This document shows, in pieces, positions 9,497 through 18,871 of a DNA stretch of 64,000 nt. The stretch covers positions 3,938-67,937 of the forward strand of contig CASDUO010000008.1 of assembly GCA_949284065.1 (NCBI GenBank), given 5' to 3'. The stretch's first letter is position 1, and every line of letters begins with the position of its first letter. Below the pieces are notes generated by a model. It saw only the letters and a list, made by a program, of their open reading frames with translations. It was not told the DNA's origin and made no database searches. Position numbers and translations under genes: made by a program. Origin of the DNA: an uncultured Bacillota bacterium (GTDB taxonomy: Bacteria > Bacillota > Clostridia > Peptostreptococcales > Anaerovoracaceae).

Positions 9497-12246
9497 GAGA
9501 ACTCCTTAAAGACAGACATACGCAATTATTGGCGGTTTTTATCGTTTTGGCGGCCATATTGATAATACGCCTTCTTGTCATAACTGTTTTTCATCATAAC
9601 AGCTGGTCTGATATAGCTCAGGGCATGACCATGAAAACGACTTACAGTGCCGGGACACGGGGCGAGATATATGACAGGAACGGAAAGCTTTTGGCAGGTA
9701 ACAAGCAGAGCTTCACTGTCAAAATGACGTCTGCCGGACAAGACGACAAGGAGATGAATGAAACCATAATAAAATTGGTCGATATACTGAATGAGAACGG
9801 AGACGATATAGAAAGCGATTTTCCGATCAAAAAAAACGGAAACAAGTATTATTACACATATGAGAGCGAAATAAGGAGCTGGCTCAGGAGTGAGGATCTG
9901 GATACAGATCTTACGGCGGAAGAGGCCTTTGAACAGCTCAAGATCAAATTGGAGATACCCAAAAACACAGACAGGTATGAAGCACAGGAGATCATGCAAA
10001 CACAGCATAACAACTATCCTCCGATCTCTGTTTCTTCCATGAGATATTCAGCTGAGATAGATAAGGAAGAGTTCCTGGAAAGCTATGGCCTGGAAACGGA
10101 CTCTACGGCAAAAGAGGCATATGATGCCATAAAGGAGTATATGGAAATACCTGAGGACGTTTCTGAAGATAAAGCTATGGATATAGTGAAGATCAGAAAC
10201 AGTATAAACGAGTTGGGGTATAACCAGTACCTCTCTGCAACAGTTGCGAAAAACGTATCGGATGATACGGTCATGCACGTAGAAGAGGAAAGTGAAGATC
10301 TCACAGGTGTCGAAGTGGTATCGGAATCTGTAAGATATTATCCTAACGGAAGCACGGCGTCCCATATATTGGGATATATGGGCAAGATAAGCGACAGCCA
10401 GCTGGAAGAATATGCCGACAAGGGGTACCAGGACAGCGATATAATAGGGCTTCAGGGGATCGAGGGCGTATATGAAGATGTGCTCAGAGGAACCAACGGA
10501 TCGAAGACGGTACAGGTAAATGCTTACGGTGATACCGAAAGATTAGTGAATGAAACAGATCCCCAGAAAGGCAAGGATGTTTATCTGACCATAGACTTGG
10601 AATTACAGAAAGCAACCGAAGATGCGCTTGCCACAGGCATATCCGTAATGCGTTACGGTGGAAGTTTCCCAAGTGAATACGGCAATTCTCCCATGGGGGA
10701 AGCGGCACCGAAGGCTGAAACGGGGGCTGCTGTGGTGATAGATGTGGACACGGGAGATGTTTTGGCGATGGCCAGCTATCCTGACTATGATCCGAATCTG
10801 TTTGCCGAGGGCATAAGCGACAGCGACTGGGAAAGGCTGCAGAGCGATAATCCCAGGGATCCTCTTTCACCGGCTCCCCTGTATAACATAGCGACCAGAT
10901 CCACGGTACAGCCCGGTTCCACATTCAAGCCTGTGACGGCTACAGCCGCTCTGTATTGCGGACTGGATCCCTACGAGACATTGGTGGACGGCGGGTATAT
11001 AATGCTCGACAGGTCCTTCGGGTGCGTAGTGTGGAACCTGAACAAACAGACTCACGGCTCATTGTCCCTTGCAAGGGCCATAGGAGTATCCTGCAACTAT
11101 TATTTTTATGACATATCGACAGGCAAGGACTGGTACACCGGAGAAAGTCTCGGTTATGACAAAGACATCAGCGTGGATACCATAACGGATTTCGCAGAGC
11201 AATATGGACTGGGTCTGCCTACGGGTATAGAGATACCGGAGTCGGTGGTGAGCGTGCCTACCTTGGAAAGCAAGGTGCAGAATCTGAAGGCAGGTCTGAG
11301 CAATGAGCTTTATGCAGCAGCAGAGGATTATTTTAACAAGGAGACTGTGGGGAACAGCCGGAAACTTTCTGAAGATATAGAGACGATAGTAAGCTGGGTG
11401 GAGAAGAAAGACGTGGAGGCAAAGGATATCCTGGAGGAACTTTTACCTCAGACCGGTGCGAAAAAAAGCAAATATGATGATCTTTTGGATCTGTGTCTAT
11501 ACCAGTATTATAACCAGAATGAATGGGCGACGGGGGATGCATTCAACATATCCATAGGGCAGGGTGAGAATGCATATACGCCGCTTCAGATGGCAAACTA
11601 TATCGCCACCCTGGGTAACGACGGCGTGCACAACGAAGTAAGTGTGGTAAAGTCGGTGGAAGGACAGGGCCTGACTCAAAAGAAAAAAGGAGAAGCGATA
11701 GATCTTGACAGCAATAAGCTGGATTATATCATAGATGGTATGATAAGAGTGTGCCACTCATACGAATCGACTGTCGATGAGGTCTTCAACGGGATAGGTT
11801 TCACTGTGGCAGGAAAAACGGGAACTGCGGAAAGATCTGGAAAGATCAATCCCGCCTCAGAGGTGGATTATGTCAAATCTCATCTTTCGTCATGGCTTCC
11901 AAACAAGTCGTGGAGCGATGTAAGGAAAGAAATGAACAGGCTCATGAAGGAGTATCCTGATACATATACGAATGAGAATACGGCGGTAAGAAGGGCCGTG
12001 GTGAACCTTTCCAACGGGAAAGTGAGTTTAGACGATATAGACGCATACAAATCCAGTTACGATCCATTCGCATGGATGGTAGGCATGGCTCCGGCCGAGG
12101 ATCCGGAAATAGCAGTAGCCGTGATGATACCCCAGGGGAGCACTTCTGCCAATGCCGCGCCTATATTGAAAGAGATACTTTGTTCGTACATGGATAAAGA
12201 GGGAAGATCTACGGACGACTATAAGATAGAGGAAGGATTGAACTGA
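9493..12246 (+). CDS. mrdA: class B penicillin-binding protein 2 (elongasome transpeptidase) with large insertions
   Basis: N-terminal TM anchor. SxxK (STFKP), SxN (SCN) and KTG (KTGTAE) motifs. 917 aa, versus about 650-700 aa for a typical PBP2. Confidence 0.9.
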   Translation: MRELLKDRHTQLLAVFIVLAAILIIRLLVITVFHHNSWSDIAQGMTMKTTYSAGTRGEIYDRNGKLLAGNKQSFTVKMTSAGQDDKEMNETIIKLVDILNENGDDIESDFPIKKNGNKYYYTYESEIRSWLRSEDLDTDLTAEEAFEQLKIKLEIPKNTDRYEAQEIMQTQHNNYPPISVSSMRYSAEIDKEEFLESYGLETDSTAKEAYDAIKEYMEIPEDVSEDKAMDIVKIRNSINELGYNQYLSATVAKNVSDDTVMHVEEESEDLTGVEVVSESVRYYPNGSTASHILGYMGKISDSQLEEYADKGYQDSDIIGLQGIEGVYEDVLRGTNGSKTVQVNAYGDTERLVNETDPQKGKDVYLTIDLELQKATEDALATGISVMRYGGSFPSEYGNSPMGEAAPKAETGAAVVIDVDTGDVLAMASYPDYDPNLFAEGISDSDWERLQSDNPRDPLSPAPLYNIATRSTVQPGSTFKPVTATAALYCGLDPYETLVDGGYIMLDRSFGCVVWNLNKQTHGSLSLARAIGVSCNYYFYDISTGKDWYTGESLGYDKDISVDTITDFAEQYGLGLPTGIEIPESVVSVPTLESKVQNLKAGLSNELYAAAEDYFNKETVGNSRKLSEDIETIVSWVEKKDVEAKDILEELLPQTGAKKSKYDDLLDLCLYQYYNQNEWATGDAFNISIGQGENAYTPLQMANYIATLGNDGVHNEVSVVKSVEGQGLTQKKKGEAIDLDSNKLDYIIDGMIRVCHSYESTVDEVFNGIGFTVAGKTGTAERSGKINPASEVDYVKSHLSSWLPNKSWSDVRKEMNRLMKEYPDTYTNENTAVRRAVVNLSNGKVSLDDIDAYKSSYDPFAWMVGMAPAEDPEIAVAVMIPQGSTSANAAPILKEILCSYMDKEGRSTDDYKIEEGLN

Positions 12247-12252
12247 TAACGG

Positions 12253-12282
12253 TTGATAAAGAACAAGGCAGTCTGATATAAT
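12253..12282 (+). promoter_or_regulatory. promoter for minD
   Basis: TTGATA (12253-12258), 18-nt spacer, extended -10 TGaTATAAT (12274-12282). Confidence 0.65.
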
Positions 12283-12336
12283 TTGGATCCAACCATACTG
12301 ATGGGATCCGCAAAGGATCTTTACAGGAGAGAATAA

Positions 12337-13071
12337 ATGTGTAAAGTCATTTTGTTCACGTCGGGAAAAGGCGGGACCGGCAAGACCATGATAACCGCCA
12401 ATATGGGAGCGCTTTTAGCTACGAGAGGCAACAAGACACTGCTCATCGATATGGATATGGGATTGAGGAATCTGGACATGTATCTAGGGCTACAGGACAG
12501 GGTGGTATACAATGTCATGGATGTGGTGTCAGGCGTTGCAGGTATAAAAAAGGCGATAGTCCAGGACAGGCGGTTTGAGGATCTGTATCTTATGGCAGCG
12601 GCGCCTATGATAGATGACAGAGACATAACCTGCTTGCATATGGAAGTATTGTGCGAAAGACTCAAAGGAGAATTCGACTATATTTTGATAGATTCTCCTG
12701 CAGGGATAGGGGACGGCTTCGAAGTGGCTGCGGCTCCGGCGGACATCGGTGTGATAGTTACGGAAGCCGAATATGCTTCTGTAAGAGATGCGGATATAGT
12801 GGCGGAAAAACTCCTGAAACTTGGAAAGAAAAATGTGGTTTGTATCGTGAACAAGGTCAACGGCGGACTCATGGCTATGGGTTCCGTACCTAATATACCA
12901 ACTATCGCGGCGGGGCTCCGTGTGCCGCTGGCAGGGATAATACAGTACGATGACAATGTGTTCATAGCTACGAACAGAGGAGTGCCCATAGTGATAAAAC
13001 CGGGCACATACATAGAAAAAAACTTTTCCACTATACTTGACAGGATATTAGGAAGTGCAGAGGGCGTTTAG
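12337..13071 (+). CDS. minD: septum site-determining ATPase MinD
   Basis: Deviant Walker A SGKGGTGKT and DMDMGLRNLDMYLGL, both typical of MinD. 244 aa. Confidence 0.85.
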   Translation: MCKVILFTSGKGGTGKTMITANMGALLATRGNKTLLIDMDMGLRNLDMYLGLQDRVVYNVMDVVSGVAGIKKAIVQDRRFEDLYLMAAAPMIDDRDITCLHMEVLCERLKGEFDYILIDSPAGIGDGFEVAAAPADIGVIVTEAEYASVRDADIVAEKLLKLGKKNVVCIVNKVNGGLMAMGSVPNIPTIAAGLRVPLAGIIQYDDNVFIATNRGVPIVIKPGTYIEKNFSTILDRILGSAEGV

Positions 13072-13095
13072 AAAACAACGCCCCTGTTTTTTATT
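13062..13095 (+). terminator. intrinsic terminator for minD embedded in the 3' end of convergent rodA
   Basis: GGGCGTT (13062-13068) / AACGCCC (13077-13083) stem, then CTGTTTTTTATT. Confidence 0.55.
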
Positions 13096-14168
13096 GCGAC
13101 ATTTATCACAAGACCTAAAGCGATCATATTTGAAAGTATCGCTGAGCCTCCGTAGCTGAGGAAAGGCAGGGTGATACCGGTAACAGGCATAAGCCCCATG
13201 GTCATGCCTATGTTTTCAAATATTTGGAACATGAACATGCCTAAAACGCCTATGACAAGCAGACTTCCGTAAAGATCTCGCGATTTTCTCGATACTTTTA
13301 TAAGGGTGTGTATGAGGAACACATAGAGGGATATGACTGCGGCTCCTCCTACGAATCCCATTTCTTCCACTATGACGGAGAATATGAAATCGGAATTGTT
13401 CACCGGTAAGAATTCCTTGTGTGTGCCCTGGAACAGGCCTTCTCCGAACAGTCCGCCCGATCCGGCGGCGACTTTCGCCATATATACCTGATAATTAGCC
13501 TCTATGCTGAGGTTTTCCGGATGGAGGAATGCAGTGACTCTCTCTTTCTGGTATTCATCCATGAAGTTATATATGACAGGTACAGCCAGAGCGGAAAGGC
13601 CGGCGCACTTTGCAAAAAGGACGTAGTCGATACCTGCATAGAACACCATCACGATCCATATGACGATATAGACAAGAGCAGAACCCAGGTCGTCAAGGAC
13701 GACTATACCTATAAAGGGGGCTCCGTATATGAAAGCTTTCACGACACCTTTGAAGTTATACAGATCATCTCTGTTTTTTCTCAGATAATCGGCCATGAGC
13801 AATATGAATGTTATCTTCACGAATTCCGAAGGCTGGATGGTAGTGACTCCCAGATTTATCCATGAATGAGCGCCGTACTGTTCTACTCCCAGACCGGGTA
13901 TATATGGCGTCAGGAGGAAAAGGACTGATCCTATGTACACCAACTTTTCTATATCCTGAAAGATGATATAGTCCTTGGTCGCCATGATTATCACTATGGA
14001 AAACCCCAAAATGTAAGCAACAGTCTGGATGACCACCGTTCGCGATATGAGTGAGCCATCGGCATAGGAGGTGCTCATCATCATCAGGATACTTATTACC
14101 GCAAATATGAGCGGGAGGATAAGGAGCGCCCTGTCAATATTTTTGAATAGATCTTTGAAATAATTCAT
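13068..14168 (-). CDS. rodA: SEDS-family peptidoglycan polymerase RodA/FtsW
   Basis: 366-aa, roughly 10-TM protein with FtsW/RodA/SpoVE-like sequence (GVTTIQPSEFVKI, LPFLSYGGS). Confidence 0.9.
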   Translation of the reverse strand: MNYFKDLFKNIDRALLILPLIFAVISILMMMSTSYADGSLISRTVVIQTVAYILGFSIVIIMATKDYIIFQDIEKLVYIGSVLFLLTPYIPGLGVEQYGAHSWINLGVTTIQPSEFVKITFILLMADYLRKNRDDLYNFKGVVKAFIYGAPFIGIVVLDDLGSALVYIVIWIVMVFYAGIDYVLFAKCAGLSALAVPVIYNFMDEYQKERVTAFLHPENLSIEANYQVYMAKVAAGSGGLFGEGLFQGTHKEFLPVNNSDFIFSVIVEEMGFVGGAAVISLYVFLIHTLIKVSRKSRDLYGSLLVIGVLGMFMFQIFENIGMTMGLMPVTGITLPFLSYGGSAILSNMIALGLVINVAIKNRGVVF

Positions 14169-14235
14169 TACTGTCCTTTGCTGCTCTCAAACCTCAGGGA
14201 CCCGCCTGACGGGTACATGAGGGTGTTAGCTATGC

Positions 14236-14265
14236 TTGACACAGCGTTAATATTAACATTATAAT
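14236..14265 (+). promoter_or_regulatory. promoter for rny
   Basis: TTGACA (14236-14241), 18-nt spacer, TATAAT (14260-14265). Confidence 0.6.
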
Positions 14266-14354
14266 AGTCTCGTATGATTATATCAATATTTAATTAGTAA
14301 TGCTATCTAATTCGATATAAATACAACTAAATAAAAGGAAGGAGGTGTCTGTAG

Positions 14355-15899
14355 ATGACCCACGTGATTTTGACGGTCGTCCTTTGCGTAGTGGGTGTTG
14401 CGATAGGCATACTCATAGGCTACGTGCTAAGGAAAGGCGTCGGTGAAAAGGCCATTGGAAGTGCGGAACAGAAGGCTAAAAACCTGATTCTGGACGCTGA
14501 AAATAGATCTGAAACCATCAAAAAAGAAATAGAGCTGGAAGCCAAAGAAAAAGCCATGGCTCTCAAGAATGAAGCGGAAAAGGAGATCAAAGAACGCCGT
14601 AACGAAATAGCAAAATCAGAAAACAGACTGATACAAAAGGAAGAATCCATAGACAGGAAACTGGAAGGGATAGAGAGGAAAGAACAGAGCATTACAGATA
14701 AAGAACAAAATATAATCAACAAACAAAAGGAACTTGAAAACCTGCACAGACGGCAGGTGGAGGAATTGGAGAAAATATCGGGGTATACCAAAGAAGAAGC
14801 GAAGGAAATATTGCTCTCCAGCATAGAGAGCGATATAAGAGCAGATGCTTCAGCCCTCATAAAGGAGATCGAAGGAAAAGCCAGAGAAGAGGGCGAGAAA
14901 AAAGCCAGAGAGATAATAGTGGGAGCCATACAGAGATGTGCGGCGGACCATGTTGCGGAAACGGCAGTATCTGTAGTGAATCTTCCCAATGACGACATGA
15001 AAGGACGCATCATAGGAAGAGAGGGAAGGAACATAAGGGCTATAGAGACCCTCACAGGGATCGAGCTCATAATCGACGATACTCCGGAAGCTGTCATACT
15101 CTCCGGGTTCGATCCGGTAAGGAGGGAAGTGGCCAGGATCACCCTGGAAAAACTCATCGTGGATGGCAGGATACATCCGGCCAGGATCGAGGAGATGATC
15201 AAAAAGGCCGAAAAGGAAGTGAATGCTTCTATCAAGGAAGCCGGAGAACAGGCGACCTTCGATGTAGGCATACACAATATCCACCCGGAACTGGTGAAAC
15301 TTTTGGGCAGACTCAAATACAGGACTTCATATGGGCAGAACGTGCTCAAACACTCCATCGAGGTGGCACATCTTTCCAGCCTCATGGCAGGAGAGCTCGG
15401 ACTGGATTCCAAACTGGCAAAGAGGGCAGGGCTGTTACACGATATAGGCAAAGCTCTTGACCATGATAAAGAGGGGACCCACGTGGATCTCGGTATAGAG
15501 GTGTTGAAGAAGTACAAGGAGTCACAGGCAGTGATAGATGCCATGGCAGCTCATCACGGCGATTGTGAGCCAAAGAGCACAGAGGCTGTTATAATAGCAG
15601 CGGCAGATGCATTGAGTGCGGCAAGACCGGGAGCAAGGAGAGAGACTCTGGAGAATTACATCAAGAGGCTGCAAAACCTTGAAGAGATCGCCAATGAAAT
15701 GAACGGTGTCGATAAGTCTTATGCCATACAGGCAGGCAGGGAGATACGCGTAGTTGCAAAACCGGATCAGATAAACGATGATGAGATGCCTTATCTGGCC
15801 AGGGAGATATCAAAAAAAATAGAAGAACAGCTTGATTATCCGGGGCAGATAAAGGTGAACGTGGTCAGAGAGACCCGAGCGGTAGATTACGCCAAATAA
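14355..15899 (+). CDS. rny: ribonuclease Y
   Basis: N-terminal TM helix, long K/E coiled coil, KH domain ([13 protein letters not shown]), HD domain (LHDIGKA). Confidence 0.95.
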   Translation: MTHVILTVVLCVVGVAIGILIGYVLRKGVGEKAIGSAEQKAKNLILDAENRSETIKKEIELEAKEKAMALKNEAEKEIKERRNEIAKSENRLIQKEESIDRKLEGIERKEQSITDKEQNIINKQKELENLHRRQVEELEKISGYTKEEAKEILLSSIESDIRADASALIKEIEGKAREEGEKKAREIIVGAIQRCAADHVAETAVSVVNLPNDDMKGRIIGREGRNIRAIETLTGIELIIDDTPEAVILSGFDPVRREVARITLEKLIVDGRIHPARIEEMIKKAEKEVNASIKEAGEQATFDVGIHNIHPELVKLLGRLKYRTSYGQNVLKHSIEVAHLSSLMAGELGLDSKLAKRAGLLHDIGKALDHDKEGTHVDLGIEVLKKYKESQAVIDAMAAHHGDCEPKSTEAVIIAAADALSAARPGARRETLENYIKRLQNLEEIANEMNGVDKSYAIQAGREIRVVAKPDQINDDEMPYLAREISKKIEEQLDYPGQIKVNVVRETRAVDYAK

Positions 15900-15927
15900 C
15901 AGAGAATCAAGGAAGAGACAGATCTGA

Positions 15928-15950
15928 AAGCCCCGCAAAGCGGGGCTTTT
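15928..15950 (+). terminator. intrinsic terminator after rny
   Basis: GCCCCGC-AAA-GCGGGGC hairpin followed by TTTT. Confidence 0.75.
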
Positions 15951-15968
15951 AATCGGAGAAAACGGGAT

Positions 15969-17087
15969 ATGATATATTTTGACAACGCTTCAACAACGAA
16001 ACAGTCGGATGAGGTCACGAAGGAGATGTTAAGGTGTGTGGAGGATGATTTCGGCAATCCCTCGTCCTTACATGGCCTTGGACTTGCTGCGGAAAGAAAC
16101 CTAAAGAGGAGCAGGGATGTGCTCATCGAAAAGATCGGAGCCGAGGGAAAGTTGATATTCACATCAGGGGGCACCGAGGCTGACAACATGGCCGTCATAG
16201 GAGCAGCGAGGGCCATGAAGAGAAGAGGACGACGCGTCATCGTATCAGCTGTGGAGCATCCTGCGGTACTGGAGAGCGCAAGGGAGCTGGAAGCGGAAGG
16301 GTTCGATGTCATATATCTGGATGTGGACAGCTGGGGGCGCATAGACCTCGACATGCTTGAGGCCAGCATGAACGATCAGACTATACTCATATCGATCATG
16401 GCAGTGAACAACGAAGTGGGGACCGTAGAGCCTATAGAGAAGATCGGAGAACTGAAAAAACAAGCCCTTTTCCACACCGATGGGGTACAGGCATTCGGAA
16501 AAATGAAAATACCAATGAGAGGAGTGGACATGGTCAGCATAAGCGGCCATAAGATACACGGCCCAAAGGGCATAGGCGCTTTGTGGCTAAGACCGGATGT
16601 GCGGCTGACCCCTCTCATGGCCGGAGGAGGGCAGGAAGGCGGGATGAGGTCCGGCACTGAGAACGTTCCCGCCATAGCCGGTTTCGGAAAAGCCACCGAA
16701 GGGGATCTTGAAGTGGGAAGAGTCGTGAAGGAGAGGATGGAAGAAGGGATCGTCGATCTTGTACCGGATATAAAGATCAACAGTCCGAAAGACGGCGTTC
16801 CGTCGATATTGAATATCTCTTTTCTGGGCACCAGGGGAGAGGTCATACTCCACGACCTTGAAAGCAGGGGGCTTTATGTATCCACCGGATCGGCCTGCTC
16901 TTCGAACAAGAAAGATATGAGCAAGAACCATGTGCTGGAAGCTATGGGTCTTTCTGCTGACGAGAGAGAAGGAGCCGTAAGGTTCAGCTTCTCCCGCTAC
17001 AATACTGTGAATGAGGCCGAAGAGGCGGCGCAGATGGTTGCAGACGCGGTAAAAAGATTCAGGACTCTGGGTAAGAGGAAAAGGTGA
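15969..17087 (+). CDS. cysteine desulfurase (NifS/IscS class V aminotransferase)
   Basis: IYFDNASTT start, PLP-lysine motif SGHKIHGPKG, active-site loop GSACSS. Precedes thiI. Confidence 0.9.
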   Translation: MIYFDNASTTKQSDEVTKEMLRCVEDDFGNPSSLHGLGLAAERNLKRSRDVLIEKIGAEGKLIFTSGGTEADNMAVIGAARAMKRRGRRVIVSAVEHPAVLESARELEAEGFDVIYLDVDSWGRIDLDMLEASMNDQTILISIMAVNNEVGTVEPIEKIGELKKQALFHTDGVQAFGKMKIPMRGVDMVSISGHKIHGPKGIGALWLRPDVRLTPLMAGGGQEGGMRSGTENVPAIAGFGKATEGDLEVGRVVKERMEEGIVDLVPDIKINSPKDGVPSILNISFLGTRGEVILHDLESRGLYVSTGSACSSNKKDMSKNHVLEAMGLSADEREGAVRFSFSRYNTVNEAEEAAQMVADAVKRFRTLGKRKR

Positions 17088-17140
17088 ACACGCAGATAAA
17101 TTGGAAGAACGATCGCTATCAGGGATCACAGAGGAAAGTC

Positions 17141-18328
17141 ATGAATGAGAAAAACATTTTTATAGTCAGGTGCGGCGAGGCTGCTCTAAAGGGTCAGAAC
17201 AAGGCATACTTCGAAAAAATGCTGGTGGAAAGACTCAGAAAACTCATAAAGAGAAGATTCGACGATGTTGAGGTACGGAGACAGGGAGGCCTTATATTTG
17301 TACGTGCCGACAAGGCAATAGAACCGGATGAACTCATAAAGGAGATGTCGAAGGTCTTCGGCATCGCATCCATAAGCCCTGCCGTGGAAGCCGCATCGGA
17401 CATAGGAACTATAGGTGAAGCTGCTGCAAACTACATGAAGGACATCATGGAAAAGACGGACATCAGGACTTTCAAAGTGGACGCCAAAAGGGCGGACAAG
17501 ACCTTTCCTTTGAAGTCCCCGGAGATAGCGAGGACGGTGGGAGCATATGTGCTGAAAGGGTGCAAGACTCTGAAGGTGGATGTCCATGAGCCAGATGTGT
17601 ATCTGTTCATAGATGTGAGAGAGAAAGTATCATATATATACAGGCAAAAGATACCCGGATTCGGAGGGCTTCCCCTCGGGACCAACGGCAAGGGCATGGT
17701 CCTGCTTTCCGGGGGCATAGACAGCCCCGTGGCTATGTGGATGATGGCAAAGAGAGGTATGTCCATAGAAGCCGTACATTTCCATTCTTTCCCTTATACG
17801 AGCCAGAGAGCGAGAGAGAAGGTAGAAGAGCTGGCGTCCATAGTTGCCGTTTACTGCAGCAGGTTCAGGATGCATGTAGTGAACATACTACCCATACAGG
17901 AAGCCATAGCGGCAGACTGCCCCGAGGATGAAATGACGATCCTGGTGAGGCGGTTCATGATGAGGATCGCGGAGAGAGTGGCGAAGGAAAACGGATGCGG
18001 TATGCTTATAACCGGTGAGAGTCTGGGTCAGGTGGCGAGTCAGACGGCGGAAGCCATAACCGTAACTGATGAAGCTACGGATATGCCGGTGATGAGACCT
18101 CTTATAGCTATGGACAAGGTGGATATCATGAGTATTGCCAAAGAGATCGGTACATTTGAAAAATCCATCGAGCCTTATGAGGATTGTTGTACCGTTTTTC
18201 TCCCGAAACACCCGGTGACCAAACCCAAGATAGAAAAGATAAAGAGATCTGAGGGAAAACTGGATGTTGAAGGACTTATTGAAAAGGTCATGGGAGATAA
18301 GGAGACTGTGGATATATTCCCCAAGTAA
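17141..18328 (+). CDS. thiI: tRNA 4-thiouridine synthase ThiI
   Basis: THUMP-like N-terminal part and PP-loop SGGIDSPVA. ATG at 17141 has a GAGGAAAG RBS. The ORF-track GTG at 17084 is probably an extension. Confidence 0.9.
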   Translation: MNEKNIFIVRCGEAALKGQNKAYFEKMLVERLRKLIKRRFDDVEVRRQGGLIFVRADKAIEPDELIKEMSKVFGIASISPAVEAASDIGTIGEAAANYMKDIMEKTDIRTFKVDAKRADKTFPLKSPEIARTVGAYVLKGCKTLKVDVHEPDVYLFIDVREKVSYIYRQKIPGFGGLPLGTNGKGMVLLSGGIDSPVAMWMMAKRGMSIEAVHFHSFPYTSQRAREKVEELASIVAVYCSRFRMHVVNILPIQEAIAADCPEDEMTILVRRFMMRIAERVAKENGCGMLITGESLGQVASQTAEAITVTDEATDMPVMRPLIAMDKVDIMSIAKEIGTFEKSIEPYEDCCTVFLPKHPVTKPKIEKIKRSEGKLDVEGLIEKVMGDKETVDIFPK

Positions 18329-18369
18329 AGTGTTTTTATGAGATGCCATCATGGCGGAGGAGCAGGATC

Positions 18370-18624
18370 ATGATTTGGTTTTATATCGTGACGGCAGTAT
18401 TGTCAGGAGGCGCGGCCTATATGCAGCTTAGTGACCGTAGCATTTTTGAGGGCAAAATAAAGATCGGGGCCGTTGTCATAGCCCTGATATGGCTCATTCC
18501 GGTGGAGATATATCTTTTTGTTTCAAGCGGGATATCCCATGCCCTGACCAACTTTTTTGCATTCGTCATACCGGTACTCATAATGCCTATGTTCGCAGGT
18601 CCCGGAAGGGGAAAAAGGAAATGA
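18370..18624 (+). CDS. small membrane protein, unknown function
   Basis: Three hydrophobic segments. GGAGGAG RBS 7 nt upstream of the ATG at 18370. Confidence 0.5.
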   Translation: MIWFYIVTAVLSGGAAYMQLSDRSIFEGKIKIGAVVIALIWLIPVEIYLFVSSGISHALTNFFAFVIPVLIMPMFAGPGRGKRK

Positions 18625-18782
18625 CCGGTCCGGATAAGGTGAAAAAGGGCATTCTTATGGCAGCCCGTGCAATTATCGGAAAAGACTGAAAATTCAACTC
18701 CGTAAAAACTTCAAAAAACAGGGAAATTCCAACAAAAATCCCTTGCAAACGTCTCGTAAAAATGGTTTACTTATAGCGTGGC

Positions 18783-18800
18783 TCGTTATTTTAATAACAG
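18783..18800. promoter_or_regulatory. imperfect palindrome, possible Rex-type operator upstream of the acyl-CoA dehydrogenase operon
   Basis: TCGTTATTTTAATAACAG is an inverted repeat GTTATT/AATAAC. It matches 10 of 14 defined positions of the clostridial Rex consensus TTGTTAANNNNTTAACAA, as I recall it. Confidence 0.3.
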
Positions 18801-18871
18801 GCACTATAGTATCGTGTACGAATTTGTATTTAAAAGTACCGTTATCAATATTGTTGTAAGGAGGCAAGTAG

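Noticed and set aside
14420-15544. A 374-aa ORF antisense to rny. Similar long antisense ORFs occur at 4737-5768, 20179-21243, 32028-32960, 33015-33994, 46142-47074, 53075-53914, 55195-56271, 59100-59975 and 62680-63618.
   Set aside because: Each lies opposite a gene with unmistakable family motifs. Their translations are low-complexity (S/L/F/P-rich) with no recognisable domains or RBS. They are shadow ORFs, explained by purine-rich sense codons and the scarcity of TTA/CTA/TCA codons on the coding strand.
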